Origin: Scyliorhinus canicula
Taxonomy: Eukaryota
NCBI RefSeq assembly: GCF_902713615.1
Contig: NW_024055491.1
Span: 62,001-126,000 of the forward strand
Direction of reading: 5' to 3'
Length of the DNA stretch: 64,000 bases
In this document: piece by piece, positions 11,625 through 24,659 of the stretch
Numbering within the stretch: position 1 is the first letter of the stretch
Layout of the letters: each line of letters starts with the position of its first letter
The notes under the pieces: generated by a model
Told to the model about the DNA's origin: nothing
Database searches by the model: none
Seen by the model: only the letters and a program-made list of their open reading frames with translations
Made by a program: the position numbers and the translations under genes

Positions 11625-11740
11625 CTCTGGAACAATTTCACTGTTTTCAAATTTCAAACCACCTGCTGGAGCTGCAGCTGGAAAGATATCAGAAGCACTG
11701 GAATCAGAGAAAATTCTCAGTCTTCAAACCTTCTCACTCC
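11625..11740 (-). other. Candidate internal 5'-UTR exon of ZNF-A
   Basis: Acceptor cttttgcag| at 11741 and donor gag|GTGAGT at 11624; lies between the promoter module and the ZNF exon. Inferred from splice motifs only. Confidence 0.4.
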
Positions 11741-12300
11741 CTGCAAAAGAAGATTACAAGAGTCATGTGTCAATTGTGGTTAGAAATGAAGAGAAACATT
11801 TTAACTTAAATTCGAGATTGCTGTGTGTAAATCCTCCCCTTCTAACTCCCTCTGAAAGGAGTTTTCAAAGTCCGGATATAAATTCATAACATCCTCTCTG
11901 GTTTCCTGGTGCAGGATTACAGAATATGGGATACACTGACATTGGAAGCAGTTCAGACAAGATTCACTCAGCTGATACCTGGTATGAAGGGTTTTATGGG
12001 GGAAAGTTGGACGGGGTCTCTATAACTGATTGGAGTTAGATGAATGAAAGGTAGTTTTGAAGATTCTGAGGGTGCTTGACAGGGTAACTGCTTAAATGAT
12101 TTTTCTTCACAGGAAATCTCAATCTGCAGGGACAGTTTAAAAATAAGAGTCTCAGACAGAGATGTGGCGAAATTGTGATTCAGAGAGCCGGCAGAATTCT
12201 CTCCCTCTGAGAGATTTCTACCTACAACTGAGTCAAAGGTTAGGGAGCCGGTTTGTCCAAGTGGCCTCTTCCTGCTCCTAATTAGAAACATAGAATCCCT

Positions 12301-12484
12301 ATGAAATGAAATGAAAATGGCTTATTGTCACGAGTAGGCTTCAATGAAGTTACTGTGAAAAGCCCCTAGTCGCCACATTCCGGCGCCTGTCCGGGGAGGC
12401 TGGTACAGGAATCGAACCGTGCTGCTGGCCTGCTTGGTCTGCTTTAAAAGCCAGCGATTTAGCTGAGTGAGCTAAACCAGCCCC
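12301..12484 (-). mobile_element. tRNA-derived SINE, family 2 (ggggctggtttagctc... head, (TTTCA)n tail)
   Basis: A/B-box-like head; near-identical to copies at 16295, 43005, 45921 and 59715. Confidence 0.85.
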
Positions 12485-12489
12485 AATGG

Positions 12490-13110
12490 TGGAGAATGTG
12501 GCCATTCAGCCCATCATGTCTGCATGAACCATCTGAAAGCACCCTATCTAGGCCCACTTCCCCCAATGTCGATAATCCCACCTAATCTTTGGACAAATTA
12601 AGGGGCAATTTTAGCATGGCCGAGGCACCCAACCTGCACATCTTAGGGCAGTGGGAGGAAGCTGGAGCACCCGGAGGAAACCCACGCAGACACAGGGAGA
12701 ATGTGCAAACTCCACTCAGACAGTCGCCCGAGGTCAGAAACAAACCTGGGTCCCTGGCGCTGAGGCCTCAGTGCTCGGATGGTATGGTGGTACAGTGGTT
12801 AGCACTGCTGCCTCACAGTGCCAGCAACCCAGGTTCAATTCCAGTCACTGTCTGTGGGGAGTTTGCAAGTTCTCCCGGTGTCTGCATGGTTTTCCTCCAG
12901 TTTTCTCCCACAGTCCAAAGAAGTGAGGGTTTGGTGGATTGGCCATGATAAACTGCTCCTTAGTGTGCATGGATGTGCAGGTTCGATTATGGGGTTGCAG
13001 AGATAGCGCGTGATTGATGGGTGAGTGTATCTGTAGAGTTTTCTTTAGAAGGGTCTGTGCAGACTCAATGGACCGCATGGACTCCATATGCACTGTACAG
13101 ATTCTACAAT
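12490..13110. mobile_element. Two HE1-like tRNA-derived SINEs arranged head-to-head (12490-12775 minus, 12779-13110 plus)
   Basis: Shared body ggttaggtggattggccatg and gtctgcagactcgatggg; tRNA-like head gtggttagcactgctgcctcacag. Confidence 0.8.
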
Positions 13111-13229
13111 CTTATTCTTCTGTGATTCGGATGGCCGCACATGCGCTCTGCGATGTCGAGGTGTCGGTCAACCCGGCCCCCTGTCAATTCAGGAATCCAA
13201 CATTTTCTCTCCTGGTCACCTGAACACTG

Positions 13230-13360
13230 ACCTACTTACCGTTGCGTCACAAAGATGGCCGCGCATGCGCTCTGCTCACCTCTGAACTAAGATGGCGGCC
13301 TTGGAATTGGGCCTGATCCCAGGGAAAAGCTCCACAGCTGCAAACGCGGGAACTTCAGGG
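13230..13360. promoter_or_regulatory. Promoter module P1: NRF1 palindrome plus YY1/initiator motif
   Basis: GCGCATGCGC at 13261-13270 and AAGATGGCGGC at 13289-13299 in CpG-rich DNA; minus-strand donor GTAAGT at 13239-13234. Confidence 0.7.
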
Positions 13361-14599
13361 TCTTATGCCGGTCCTAGGGCATACACCGGCTGTTTATAAA
13401 GTTTCTGCACCCTCCGCATCCCGACTCCCGCTTAATTCCTCCTTCCGCCCCACCGACTCTCACCCACGGAACAATCCATTACCGCACTCGAAGGTCTCCG
13501 AGCAATATGAAACCGCGCATGCTCCCGATAAAGCCCAGAGCTGCGTCGGCGCACTGGGCCCCTGTGCAGTGAATAGGGCACATTCACAACCGCGGTGAAT
13601 CATGGGTAATGAATGCACCATTGAAACGTCAAATAGATAATACAAAATAACTCTGTTCAGATAGCTCAGCTTCTGAAAAAAATCATATTCATTTCTCCTA
13701 TCACGGTGCCTACTGACGAACTGATTGACTATTTGGCCGTTGCCTGTAAGTGATCAGCTCCATTCAGTGTATTCTAAAGTTCACCTTTATATGAAGCTGC
13801 TCTTTCAACATGTTCCATAGTTTAACAGGCTTGTTCTGATACTCCTCAGACAGACCCCAAGTGTTGACTCGATACAGCCCTTTGAATTCATGACCTATCT
13901 TCATTTTCACTGCACGTTCATCCAGTTAAGTGATGGCTAAATCAGAAGTGTAATTCCATCCTTTGTTTGAAAAGCCTAAATGTAGATTGGATATCTGTGG
14001 CTTTCCAATTCTTGCTAGGGGATTTGGTGGTCACCTTCCTGATGTTCCCGGTGTTTTACGGACAACCTTGATATGAAAGGGATATGTAACCTCTCTGCTC
14101 TGTGGGGAGATTCACATTTCAGCTGTTGGTTTTGTTTTTCCTTTCTTCTTTTGGCAGCAGTTCCTCACGTACTGTTGTCTTTTGCACAGGAATGGCCCCA
14201 AGGATGTTTCAATGGCCCTGCAGCTTTTAATGCCAGATTCAAAACCGATTGCACAGCACGACCCTGAACTCACTTGTGGCTTTACTTTCACCCTCAACCC
14301 AGTAATCCCACACATCAGATATTCACTGTTCTGCAAATCACTGTTTGTGGAGGGACTCTTCCTTCTGTGGCTTCCATACACATACAGCTTCCGATTTGCA
14401 TTAAATCTTTTCCATGGCGGCTCCTGTGGTTCGCAAATCCACTGCTGTCACCATGTTGTGTTGATGTGTCTTTGCACCAATTAACCAATGTCACACAGGA
14501 TTGCTGAACTAGTCATAGCTTTGGTTTAATTGAAGATACATGACAAGATGGCTCAGTAGACAGATCTACACTTGGGATTCAGCAACCATTATTTACAGA

Positions 14600-16680
14600 C
14601 AGTACATAGATACATAGAAGATAGGAGCAGGATGAGGCCTTTTGGCCCTTTGAGCTTGCTCCACCATTCATCACCATCATGGCTGATCATCCAACTCAAT
14701 AGCCTAATCCTGCTTTCTCCCCATAGCCTTTGATTACATTCACCCCAAGTGCAATATCCAGCCGTCTCTTGAATATATTCAATGTTTTACCATCAACTAC
14801 TTCCTGTGGTAATGGATTCCACAGGCTCACCACTCTTTGGGTGAAGAAATGTCTCCACATCTCTGTCCGAAATGGTTCATCCTGAATTCTCAGACTGTGA
14901 CCCCTGGTTCTGGACATACCCATCATTGGTTACATCTTCCCTGCATCTACCCTGACTAGTCCTGTTCGAATTTTATGAGATGCCCCCTCATTCGTCTGAA
15001 CGCCAGCGAGAACAATCCCAACCGAGTCAATCTCTGCTCATATGACAATCCCGCCATCCCTGGAATCAGTCTGGTAACCTTTTGCTGCACTCCCTCGAGA
15101 GCAAGAACATCCTTCCTCAGAGAAGGAGACCAAAACTGCTCACAATACTCCAGGTGTGGCCTCAGCAAGGCCCTGTATAATTGCAGCAACACATCCCTGC
15201 TTCTGTACTCGAAACCTCTCGCAATGAAGGCCAACATACCATTAGTCTTGTTTACCGCCTGCTGCACCTGCATGCTTACCTTCAGCGACTGGTGCACAAG
15301 GACACCCAGGTCTCACTGCACACTCCCCTCTCCCAATTTACAACCATTCAGGTAGTAATCTGCCTTCCTGTTTTTGTTTCCAAAGCGAATAACCTCTCAC
15401 TTATCCAAATTATATAGCTCTGCCATTGATTTGCCCACTTGCCCAACCTGTCCAGATCTTGCTATAGAATCCCTGTATGCTTGTCCCAGTTCACCCTCCC
15501 ACCCAACTTGGTATCATCTGCAGACTTTAAGATGTTACATTTTGTTCCCTCATCCAAATCATGAATATATATTGTGAATAGCTGGGGTCCCAGCACCGAT
15601 CCCTTAGGGATCCCACTAGTTACTGCCTTCCAATTTGAAAAGGACCCATTAATTCCTACTCTTCGTTTCCTCTCTGCCAGCCAGTTTTCTATCCACCTCA
15701 ATACATTTCCCCCAATCACATGCGCTTTAATTTTGCACAATAATCTCTTAAGCGAGACTTTGTCAAACGCCTTCTGAAAGTCCAAATGTACCACATCGAC
15801 TGACTCACTGTACTGGTTACATCTTCAAAGAATTCCAACAGATTTGTCAAGCATGATTTTCCCTTCATAAATCTATGCTGACTCTGACTGATCCTGCTAG
15901 TGCTTCCTAAATGTTTCGCCATAAAGTCCTTGAAATGAAATAACGTAGCATGGTAGCATAGTGGTTAGCACAAATGCTTCACAGCTCTAGGGTCCCAGGT
16001 TCGAATCCCGGCTTGGGTCACTGTCTGTGTGGAGTCTGCACGTTCTCCCCGTGTGCGCGTGGGTTTCCTCCGGGTGCTCCGGTTTCCTCCCACAGTCCAA
16101 AGATGTGCAGGTTAGGTGAATTGGCCAGGCTAAATTGCCCTCAGAGTCCAAATTGCCCTTAGTGTTAGGTGGGGTTACTGGGTTATGGGGATGGGGTGGA
16201 GGTATAGGCTTGGGTAGGGTGCTCTTTCCAAGAGCCGGTGCAGACTTGATGGGCCAAATGGCCTCCTTCTGCACTGTAAATTCTATGAAAAAAAAATGAA
16301 AATCGTTTATTGTCACAAGTAGGCTTCAAATGAAGGTACTGTGAAAAGCCCCTAGTCGCCACATTCCGGTGCCTGTTCGGGAAGGCTGGTACGGGAATCG
16401 AACCGTGCCCTGGTCTGCTTTCAAAGCCAGCGATTTAGCCCTGTGTGCTAAACCAGCACCTATCTTTGATAATGAATTCAAGCATTTCCCCCCCTACCGA
16501 TGTTAGGCTTACTGGTCTATAATTCCCTGCTTTCTCTCTACCTCCCTTTTTGAATATTGGAGTGACGTGAGATATCCTCCAAACTGCAGGGACTGTTCCA
16601 GAGTCTACAAAATCCCAGAAGATAACCATCAATGCATCCACTATTTCCAGAGCCACTTCCTTAAGCACTCTGGGATCCAG
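14600..16680 (-). mobile_element. Decayed CR1 ORF2 fragment interrupted by two SINEs
   Basis: Remnant ORFs contain [31 protein letters not shown] and NYRPVSLTSV. Confidence 0.85.
15944..16458. mobile_element. HE1-like SINE (15944-16288, plus) joined tail-to-tail with a family-2 SINE (16295-16458, minus)
   Basis: Full HE1-like body ending aaattctatga, followed by the reverse family-2 SINE, all inserted in the CR1. Confidence 0.85.
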
Positions 16681-17010
16681 ATTCTCAGACCCTGGGGATT
16701 TACCTGCAATTCCTACCCAATACTAGCTGCTGATCACAAGCTGCTTTACATCCTGGTTACTTCCTCACAAAAAAATCTCCTGAACTTGATATCACAACAA
16801 GGACAGCAATTAGTCTCCTCTTGGGGAAAACAAATACCTAACACACTGTATTTAGAAAACACTGTTATACTTAACGCATATCAAAATATTAAACTCCAGT
16901 CCAGTCACAGGCATTATTAATGGAAGGGAAAACACGCCCTGTCAGAATGGACATAGTTCAGTCCTGGATGTGATTAACAGAAGCAATAAGAGCAGAATCC
17001 AACCCTGCAG

Positions 17011-17975
17011 TCACTCATGAACTTGCTGGTGTTTCAGTAGGTGGTAGGACTGAGCAAATCCCTTCCCACACTTGGAGCAGGTGAACGGCCTCTCCCCAGT
17101 GTGAATTCGCCAGTGTTTCACCAGGTGGGATGACTCAATGAACCCCTTCCCACACTGGGAGCAGATGAATGACCTCTCCCCAGTGTGAACTCGGTGGTGT
17201 CTCAGCAGGGCAGATGACTGAATGAATCCCTTTCCACACTCGGAGCAGGTGAATGGACTCTCCACAGTGTGAACTTTCTGATGTCTCTGCAGGACGCATA
17301 ACCGAGTGAATTTCATTTTACACTTAGTGCAAGGGAACGGTCTCTCCCTGGTATGAACTCGCTGGTGTCTCAGGAGGCTGAATGACCGAGGGAATCCCTT
17401 CCCACACACGGAACAGGCGAATGGGCTCTGACTAGAGTGGATGTGTTGGTGTCTCTTTAGATCCCTTGTGCTTTTGAAGCTCTTATCACAGTCAGAACAT
17501 TTAAAAAGTCTCTTATCAGTGTGAACAAGTTGATGAGAAGTAAGGTTAGTTAAATTAATGAATCCCTTCCCACACTCAGAGCAGGTAAACGGCCTCTCCT
17601 CAGTGTGAACTCGCTGGTGTTCAGTGAGGTGGGATGACTGAGTGAATCCCTTTCCACACTCTGAGCAGGTGAATGGCCTCTTCCCAGTGTGACTCGCTGG
17701 TGTCTAGTCAGGGTGGATAACTGAGTGAATCCCTTCCCACATTTAGAGCAGTTGAATGGTCTCTCGCCGGTGTGACTGCGTTGGTGAATTTCCAGCTCTG
17801 ATGGGGATCTGATAACTTTACCACAGTCTCCACATTTCAATAGTCTCTGTGTGATGCTGGCCCGGGTGTGACTGAGTTGATGAGTTTCCAGCAGGGATGG
17901 ATAATTGAATCTCTTCCCACAGTCCCCACATTTCCACGGTTTCTCCATGGTGCCGGTGTCCTTGTGACTCTCCAT
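17011..17975 (-). pseudogene. C2H2 zinc-finger gene ZNF-B, 11 fingers, split by a single 1-nt deletion near 17692
   Basis: ORF 17550-17975 (MEKPWKC start region) shifts frame at ccagtgtgactcg versus consensus ccagtgtgaactcg; the downstream frame is open to 17011. Acceptor ttttacag| at 18320. Confidence 0.78.
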
Positions 17976-19124
17976 GTTGGACGATCAGTTGAAGCCTCGT
18001 CCAAACAGGACACATGTACAGTTTCTTCCCCACTCTGAATGTTACTGTGAGGTTTCTGGTTGTGTAACTGGTGGAGGCTCTTTCCACAGTCAGTTCACTG
18101 GAACACTCTCACTCGGGTGTGTGTTGTGTGGGACTCGGTGCTTTTCCAGTCATACTTACATTTGAACTCTGTTCCCACAGACAGAATAGACAAACATTTC
18201 TCCTTCCACATTCAAAGGCTGATGATATTCAAGTCCTGGTGAATCAAATGATTGTCAGATCTTGACATGATGTTTTGTTTCACTGCTTTAAACATCTGCA
18301 AATCCTCACCTTCCCATGCTCTGTAAAAGGAGATTACCAAAGTCATCACTGTAAGTGGAGGATAGAAATGCATAACAGACAATTCTAGTTCCTATGGAAC
18401 ATTTTTTTCACTTATTCCACTGCAGATCCTCATCTTTCTCTCTCTCTATTCCCTCTCTCTCTCTCTGTGAAACTCAGTGTCTTGTCCTGTTGTAGTTTCT
18501 GGCTCTCTTCCTGCCCAGTGTAATCCTGAGCTGATGTTTCACAAGGAGACATTTGTTAATAGTTTCCCAGAGCTCAGAGTCCTCATTAATTTCAGTGCAA
18601 AGTGTCAGCTCTTATTTATTATCCCCCCTCCCCCATCCTCTGATGTGAACCATCCTCCAGTGGCTGAAGCAGGATGTTGAGTGTTAACAAGGGACTGTTC
18701 CAGGCAGAGAGGGAGGGAGGGAGGGAGGGAGCGAGCGAGAGAGGAGAGACAGAGAGATGGGCCACCTGGCCTCCTTTGGTCCTATGAATTTAAATTTTCT
18801 GTTTCCATTGTCGAGCATATTTAAGACTGAAATAGACTGAATTTTGGTCTCTCAGAGAATTAAGGGTTCTGGTGAACAGGCAGGAGGGAGGAATTGAGGC
18901 TGAATCAGCCATGATTGTATTGAATAACAGTGTAGGTGAGACAGGTTGTCTGGACTGATCCTGCTCCTAACCCTTATCTGCCTCCAACGGCGCTGTCTAC
19001 TTTCATCATCACCGATTTTTTAAACAGATATCCAGATAATTAACTGTGTCTCAGTTACAGGAGTTACTAACAGCAACATAAACAAACGAATTATGTGATT
19101 AACAGCAGAATCTGACCTCCGCAG

Positions 19125-19552
19125 TCATTTGTGAACTCGTTGGTGTGTCAGCAAGTGAGATGATTGAGCGAATCTCTTCCCACACACAGAGCAGGTGAAC
19201 GGCCTCTCCCCAGTGTGAACTTGCTGGTGTCTCAGCACGTTGGAAGACTGAGTAAAGCCCTTCCCAGACACAGAGCAGGTGAATATCTTCTCCCTTGTCT
19301 CATCAACATCCGTTGGTGTCTCACCAGGTGGGATGATGAAATGAATCCCTTCCCTCACTCGGGTGTGTGTGTCTCGGTGCTTTTCCAGTCTCACTGATGT
19401 TTGAAATTATTTCCTGCAGCCAAAACTGATAAATATTTCTGCTTTGACATTCAAAGCTTGATGATATTCAGCTCCGAGTGAATTAAGTGATGATCAGATC
19501 TTAATGTGATGCTTGGTTTGAGTTTCCCATCCACAAATCATCTTCTAATATC
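19125..19552 (-). pseudogene. Collapsed zinc-finger copy ZNF-C (about 2 intact-like fingers)
   Basis: Same acceptor module (tttatag|gatatt at 19552) and 3' end as the paralogues; only CSVSGKG... and CSVCGKRF...HQRVH remain. Confidence 0.7.
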
Positions 19553-20639
19553 CTATAAACAGTTTACAAAAGTAATTGCTGTCAGTGCAGGACAGAAATT
19601 TAGAATAGGCAATTCTAGTTTCTATGCAACATTCTTTCTTTTCTTGTTTTCTTAAACGTGTTGTTCAATCAAAATAAAATAAATCAAAATCAGAAACAAA
19701 ATCCCAACAAGAGCAAAAGAGAATCTTCCTGACTAAACCAGAATGTCTTTACCAATGTCTATGAAACACTCTGTACTCTGAGGTACCCACTGATTGTGGA
19801 AGGTGTCAACTGTTTCCCAGAGCCACCCAGACACATGCAGGCCCATGGAAGAGAGGCCTCTTATGGGGGTCGGCAGTAAAGTGACCTTATTCAATGGTGG
19901 AGCAGGCTTGATAGACTGATTTTTAAAAAAAGGTTCCTATTTATTGAACATCTCTAATTGCCCTGGAGGAGGCAGTTAAGAGTCATCCACTTTGCTGTGG
20001 GTCTGGAGTCACATGTAGGTCAGACCAGGTGAGGACAGAAGATTTCCTTCCCTAAAGGTCATTGGTGAATCAGTTGAGTTTTAACGACAATCGACAATGG
20101 TTTCATGGTCATCATTAGACTTTTAATTCCAGATTTTTATTTAATTAAAATTTTACCATCTGCAGTGTCAGGATTCGAACCCGGGTAACAGAACATTACC
20201 CTGGATTTCTGGTTTAGTAGTCCAGTGACAATACCACACCGTCACTGCCACCCCACAGGAGGTAGTGGCGCAGTGGTAGTGGTGAAGTTGTTGACTCCTA
20301 TTTCTTATATTCAACCAGAGTAATTCCCACCACCAAATGGGACCTGATCATCCAAATTCTATAAATTGCTGTTTTAACCAGGCCCAAGAGCAAGTCCAGG
20401 ACAAGATCCTCTGACTTACCCAGTCCCTCCACACCGGGCAGCCAAAGATTAGGAGCAGGGGACTGAAGTGTAACTAAAACTTGAGAAGTAGCTGCTGCAG
20501 ATAACTAACTATCAGGACTGCAACCTCCCACACTGAATTAAGACATGGCCCATGGAATTCTCCGGGTTGGAAGCAGCGCCTGCAGCCTAATGGAATTCCC
20601 GAACACTAGGACCCGGTTGGAAACAGAGGCGCTGAAGCC

Positions 20640-20780
20640 CCGCCCACCATCTTTCGAATTCGCCAAAACACGAACGCATGCGCAGTCTCTCCATTGAAAT
20701 AAGATGGCGGCCGTTAGTCTGGGTCAGTCTCCGGGGAAAAGACCCGGAGCTGCAAATGTGGGACCCGCAGCTTCGGATTC
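20640..20780. promoter_or_regulatory. Promoter module P2: NRF1-like plus YY1, likely bidirectional between ZNF-C and ZNF-D
   Basis: ACGCATGCGC at 20674-20683, AAGATGGCGGC at 20701-20711, opposite CCATCTT near 20647; minus donor GTAAGT at 20419-20414; plus donor candidate CGG|GTAAAG near 21021. Confidence 0.7.
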
Positions 20781-22649
20781 GGGGCTTGATGCCTTCACCA
20801 GGTGTTTAGAAACCCTCCCCGTCCACCCGCCGGCTTCATCGCCCCCTCCGCGTTTCCGCATCCTCACCGGTTTGGAGATCCGATAAACACTAGGCTTCCC
20901 ATCCCTATCACTGCGCATGATCCTGTGCAGGGCGTTGCTGCGCCTGCGCACTGCTCTCCTGTGCTCTGGAGAGAGGACATTCACCACCGCCGGGGGGGGG
21001 GGGGGGGGGGGGTGTGTCGGGTAAAGTCCTCGCCATGGCAGCTACCAACTAACCAGGGAATTGTGAATTTATTGTGCTTTGATTTAGCAATTGGGGCGGA
21101 AATCAGTAACAATAGGAACCCAGGCGGGATGGTAGATAGTGATTAGCATGGTAGCACTGCTAGCGACCTGGGTTTGATTCCAAGACTTGGTTGACTGTGG
21201 AGTTTGCACTTTCTCCCCGTGTCTGCATGGGCTTCCTCCCAGTGCTCTGGTTTCCTCTCACAGTCACCTTCTTGAACCTCTTCAGTCCATGTGGTGTTGG
21301 TCTACCCACAGTGTTGTTAGGTAGGATGTTGATGCAGCAACAGTAAAGGAACAATGATATGTTTCCAAGTCCCAATGGCGTGGCTTGGAGGGGAACTTCC
21401 AGGAAGTGATGTTCCATACATCTGCTGCCCTTGTCCTTCTAGGTTTCGTGGTTGTGTGTGGGAGGAGATTCACTCAGTAATTTATCTGCTTCATGGATGA
21501 AAAGAGCTTTGCTGATAATGGAGCCACAGCTTTTCAGAAATCCTGGACTTCATTTCAAATTATAACAGATTGTTTCTCCCCAACAGGTTCAATATACATT
21601 GTGTTTTTACAGAAGTCGCTGTATCCAGACTCCATTAAACAGTAGGAAAGTAGGAAACAATGGGCATTTAAAGATTATTTCTATTACATAAGTGACTGCA
21701 TACTGAGACCGTGAGATTACTGGATACTCAAAGGAGGACACATTAGAAAGAGCTGTGAGTGTAATCAGCACATTGTTCTCATCTGGTTCCTCTGCTCAAA
21801 GCTAGACCAGGTCAGAAGCCCCAGGCTTTTACATGCTGAACATTTTGGTTTTAATAAAGTCTTGCTAACCTGATAATAAATTTCAACATATACTCAGATC
21901 CTCTTTCAATAATGTTCAACATACCATTTGCCTTCCTGATCATTTGCTGCACCTGCTTTTGATGACTCATGAACAAGGACACCCAGATCCCTCTGGATGT
22001 CGGCTCGTCCCAATCTCTCACCATTTAAGAAATATTCTACATCACCTTCCTCGAACCAAAGAGGATAACTTCATATTTTGTCCACATTATAATCCATCTG
22101 CCATGTTCTTGCCCATTCATTAGCCTGTCTAAATCCTCATGAATCCTCTTTGCATCCTCCTCGCAACGCACATTCTCACCGAGTTTTGAGTCATCAGCAA
22201 TCATGGAAATATTGCATTTGGTCCCCGCACCCAAATCATTGATATAGATTGTGAACAGCTGGAACCCGAATACTGATCCTTGTAATACCTCACTGGCCAC
22301 AGTCTGCCCAGCTGAAAATGATCCATTTATTCCTGCTCGATGTTTTCTATGAATCCTCAATCCGTGCCAGTATACCCCCCCCCCCCCCACTCAGATGTTC
22401 CTAACCTCCTCTGTTGGACTTAATCGAAAGTCTTCTGAAGATCCAAATGCACCATATCCACTGATTCACCTTATCTGTTCTGTAATAATATTCTTTTTTT
22501 TTTATAAATTTAGAGTATCCAATTTTGTTTTGTTCCAAATAAGGGGCAATTTAGCATGGCCAATCCGCTTAACCTGCACATTTTTGTGTTGTGGGGGTGA
22601 AACCCACGCAGAGACAGTAGTAATATTCTTAAAGAAAACCTCCAACAGC

Positions 22650-22960
22650 TTTGGAATCATAGAATTTGCAGTGCAGAAGGAGGACATTCGGCCCATCGAG
22701 TCTGCACTGGCCCTTGGAAAGAGCACCCTACTTAAGCCCACGCCTCCCCCCATCCCCATAATCCAGTAACCCCACCTAACCTTTTTTAGACACTAAGGAC
22801 AATTTAGCATGGACAATCCACCTAACTTGCACATCTTTGGACTGTGGGAGGAAACCGGAGCCCCGGAGGGAACCTATGCAGACACGGGGAAAATGTGCAG
22901 ACTCCACAGACAGTGACCCATGTCGGGAATTGAACCTGGGACCCTGGAGCTGTGATGACA
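22650..22960 (-). mobile_element. HE1-like SINE (with a partial copy at 22500-22617)
   Basis: Reverse complement of the 15944-16288 SINE body. Confidence 0.8.
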
Positions 22961-23524
22961 GATGGCTGCTTTTGTGACTGGAAGCCAGTGTAAAGTGGCA
23001 CACCACAGGGATCCAGCAGAGTGAGAATGGAGAGAGACTGTGTGGGATGGAGATTTGCAGCTTTCGGGAATAACAGAGGAAAGAATGTTCCATAGGAACT
23101 AGAATTGTCTGTTCTGAGTTTCTGTCCTGTACTGACAGTGATGACTTTTGTAAATTGTTTTTACAGGATATTAGATGAGGAGGAATTACAGACAGAAGTC
23201 TCAAACATCATGTCTCAATCTGACAGTCACTCTATTCCCTTGAACCTGAATATCATCACCCTTTGAATCTAGAAGGAGAAATGTTTGTCCGACTGTCAGC
23301 TAAAGATTTCAAACATCAGTGTGACTGGAAAAGCACCGAGACCGACACAACACACACCCAAGTGAGAGAATTCCAGTGAACTGACTGGAAAGATCTTTCA
23401 CCAGTTACACAGCCTGACAAAACATCACACCATTCACAGCGAGGAGAGACTGCACCCGTGCTCTGTGTGTGGACGAGGCTTCAATTGATAATCGAACCTG
23501 GAGCCACACAGGATCACCCGCACT

Positions 23525-24506
23525 ATGGAGAAACCGTGGAAATGTGGGGACTGTGGGAAGGGATTCAAAGCTCCGTCTGAGGTGGAGATCCATCGACGCA
23601 GTCACACTGGAGAGAGGCCGTTCACCTGCTCTGACTGTGGGAAGGGGTTCAGTGATTCATCCAACCTGTTAATGCACCAGCGAGTTCACACCGGGGTGAG
23701 GCCATACACCTGCTGTGATTGTGGGAAGGGGTTCAGTCGATCATCCAACCTTCAGTCACACCAGCGAGTTCACACTGGTGAGAGGCCATTCACCTGCTCT
23801 GAATGTGGGAAGGCGTTCACTCTGTTATCCCATTTGCAGACACACCAGAGAGTTCACACTGGGGAGAAGCCTTTCACCTGCTCCCAGTGTGACAAAGGAT
23901 TTACTAATTCATCCAATCTACAGAAACACCAGCGGGTTCACACGGGGGAGAGGCCATTCACCTGCTCTCAGTGTGGGAAGGGATTCACTCAGTTAACCCA
24001 CTTACTGACACACAAGCCGGTTCACACTGGAGAGAGGCCGTTCACCTGCTCTGAATGTGGGAAGGGATTTGTTCAGTTATCCAAGCTGCTGATACACCAG
24101 CGAGTTCACAATGGGGAAGAGGCCGTTCACTTGTTCTGACTGTGGGAAGGGATTCACTCAGTCCTCCATCCTGCTCTCTCACCAGCGAATTCACACCGGG
24201 GAGAGACCATTCACCTGCCCTGCCTGTGGAAAGGGATTCCGAGATTCATCCACCCTGTTGAAACACCAGCGTGTTCACACTGGGGAGAGGCCATTCCTCT
24301 GCTCTCAATGTGGGAAGGGATTCACTCAGTCATCTAGCCTGCTGACACATCAGAGAGTTCACACTGGGGAGAGACCATTCATCTGTTCTGTTTGTGGGAA
24401 GGGATTCACACAGTCAGCCAACCTGCAGACACATCAGCGAGTTCACAAGCAATTACAAGGGCTGGATTCTGCTGTTACTGCTCCTGTTAATCACATCCAG
24501 GGTTGA
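23525..24506 (+). pseudogene. C2H2 zinc-finger gene ZNF-D, 11 fingers, split by a single +1 A near 24117
   Basis: ORF 23525-24139 (7 fingers) and ORF 24111-24506 (4 fingers) join at ggggaagagg versus consensus ggggagagg. Acceptor ttttacag|gatatt at 23167 with TACTGAC upstream. Confidence 0.8.
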
Positions 24507-24659
24507 CATTCTGACATTTGGTGAAGTGGGAGGGTTTCTTTCTGCTGGACTGGCCGGTCTCCCGACGTAGCTCCCAGTGGGCTGATGTTGAGTCTTAACA
24601 GCACCTTCCCACTGAAATGATCCACAAAAGATGATGAAGGACATTTATTTCATCCTGTA

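Noticed and set aside
9038-13240. KRAB, SCAN or BTB effector exon upstream of the ZNF exons
   Set aside because: No recognisable domain in any ORF between the promoters and the finger exons, and the leaders contain in-frame stops.
14394-14401. Isolated octamer ATTTGCAT
   Set aside because: Single 8-mer with no Ig promoter or leader context; expected by chance.
15944-16030. tRNA-like sequences at SINE heads
   Set aside because: They continue into SINE bodies and tails, lack a full cloverleaf and recur many times, so they are not tRNA genes.
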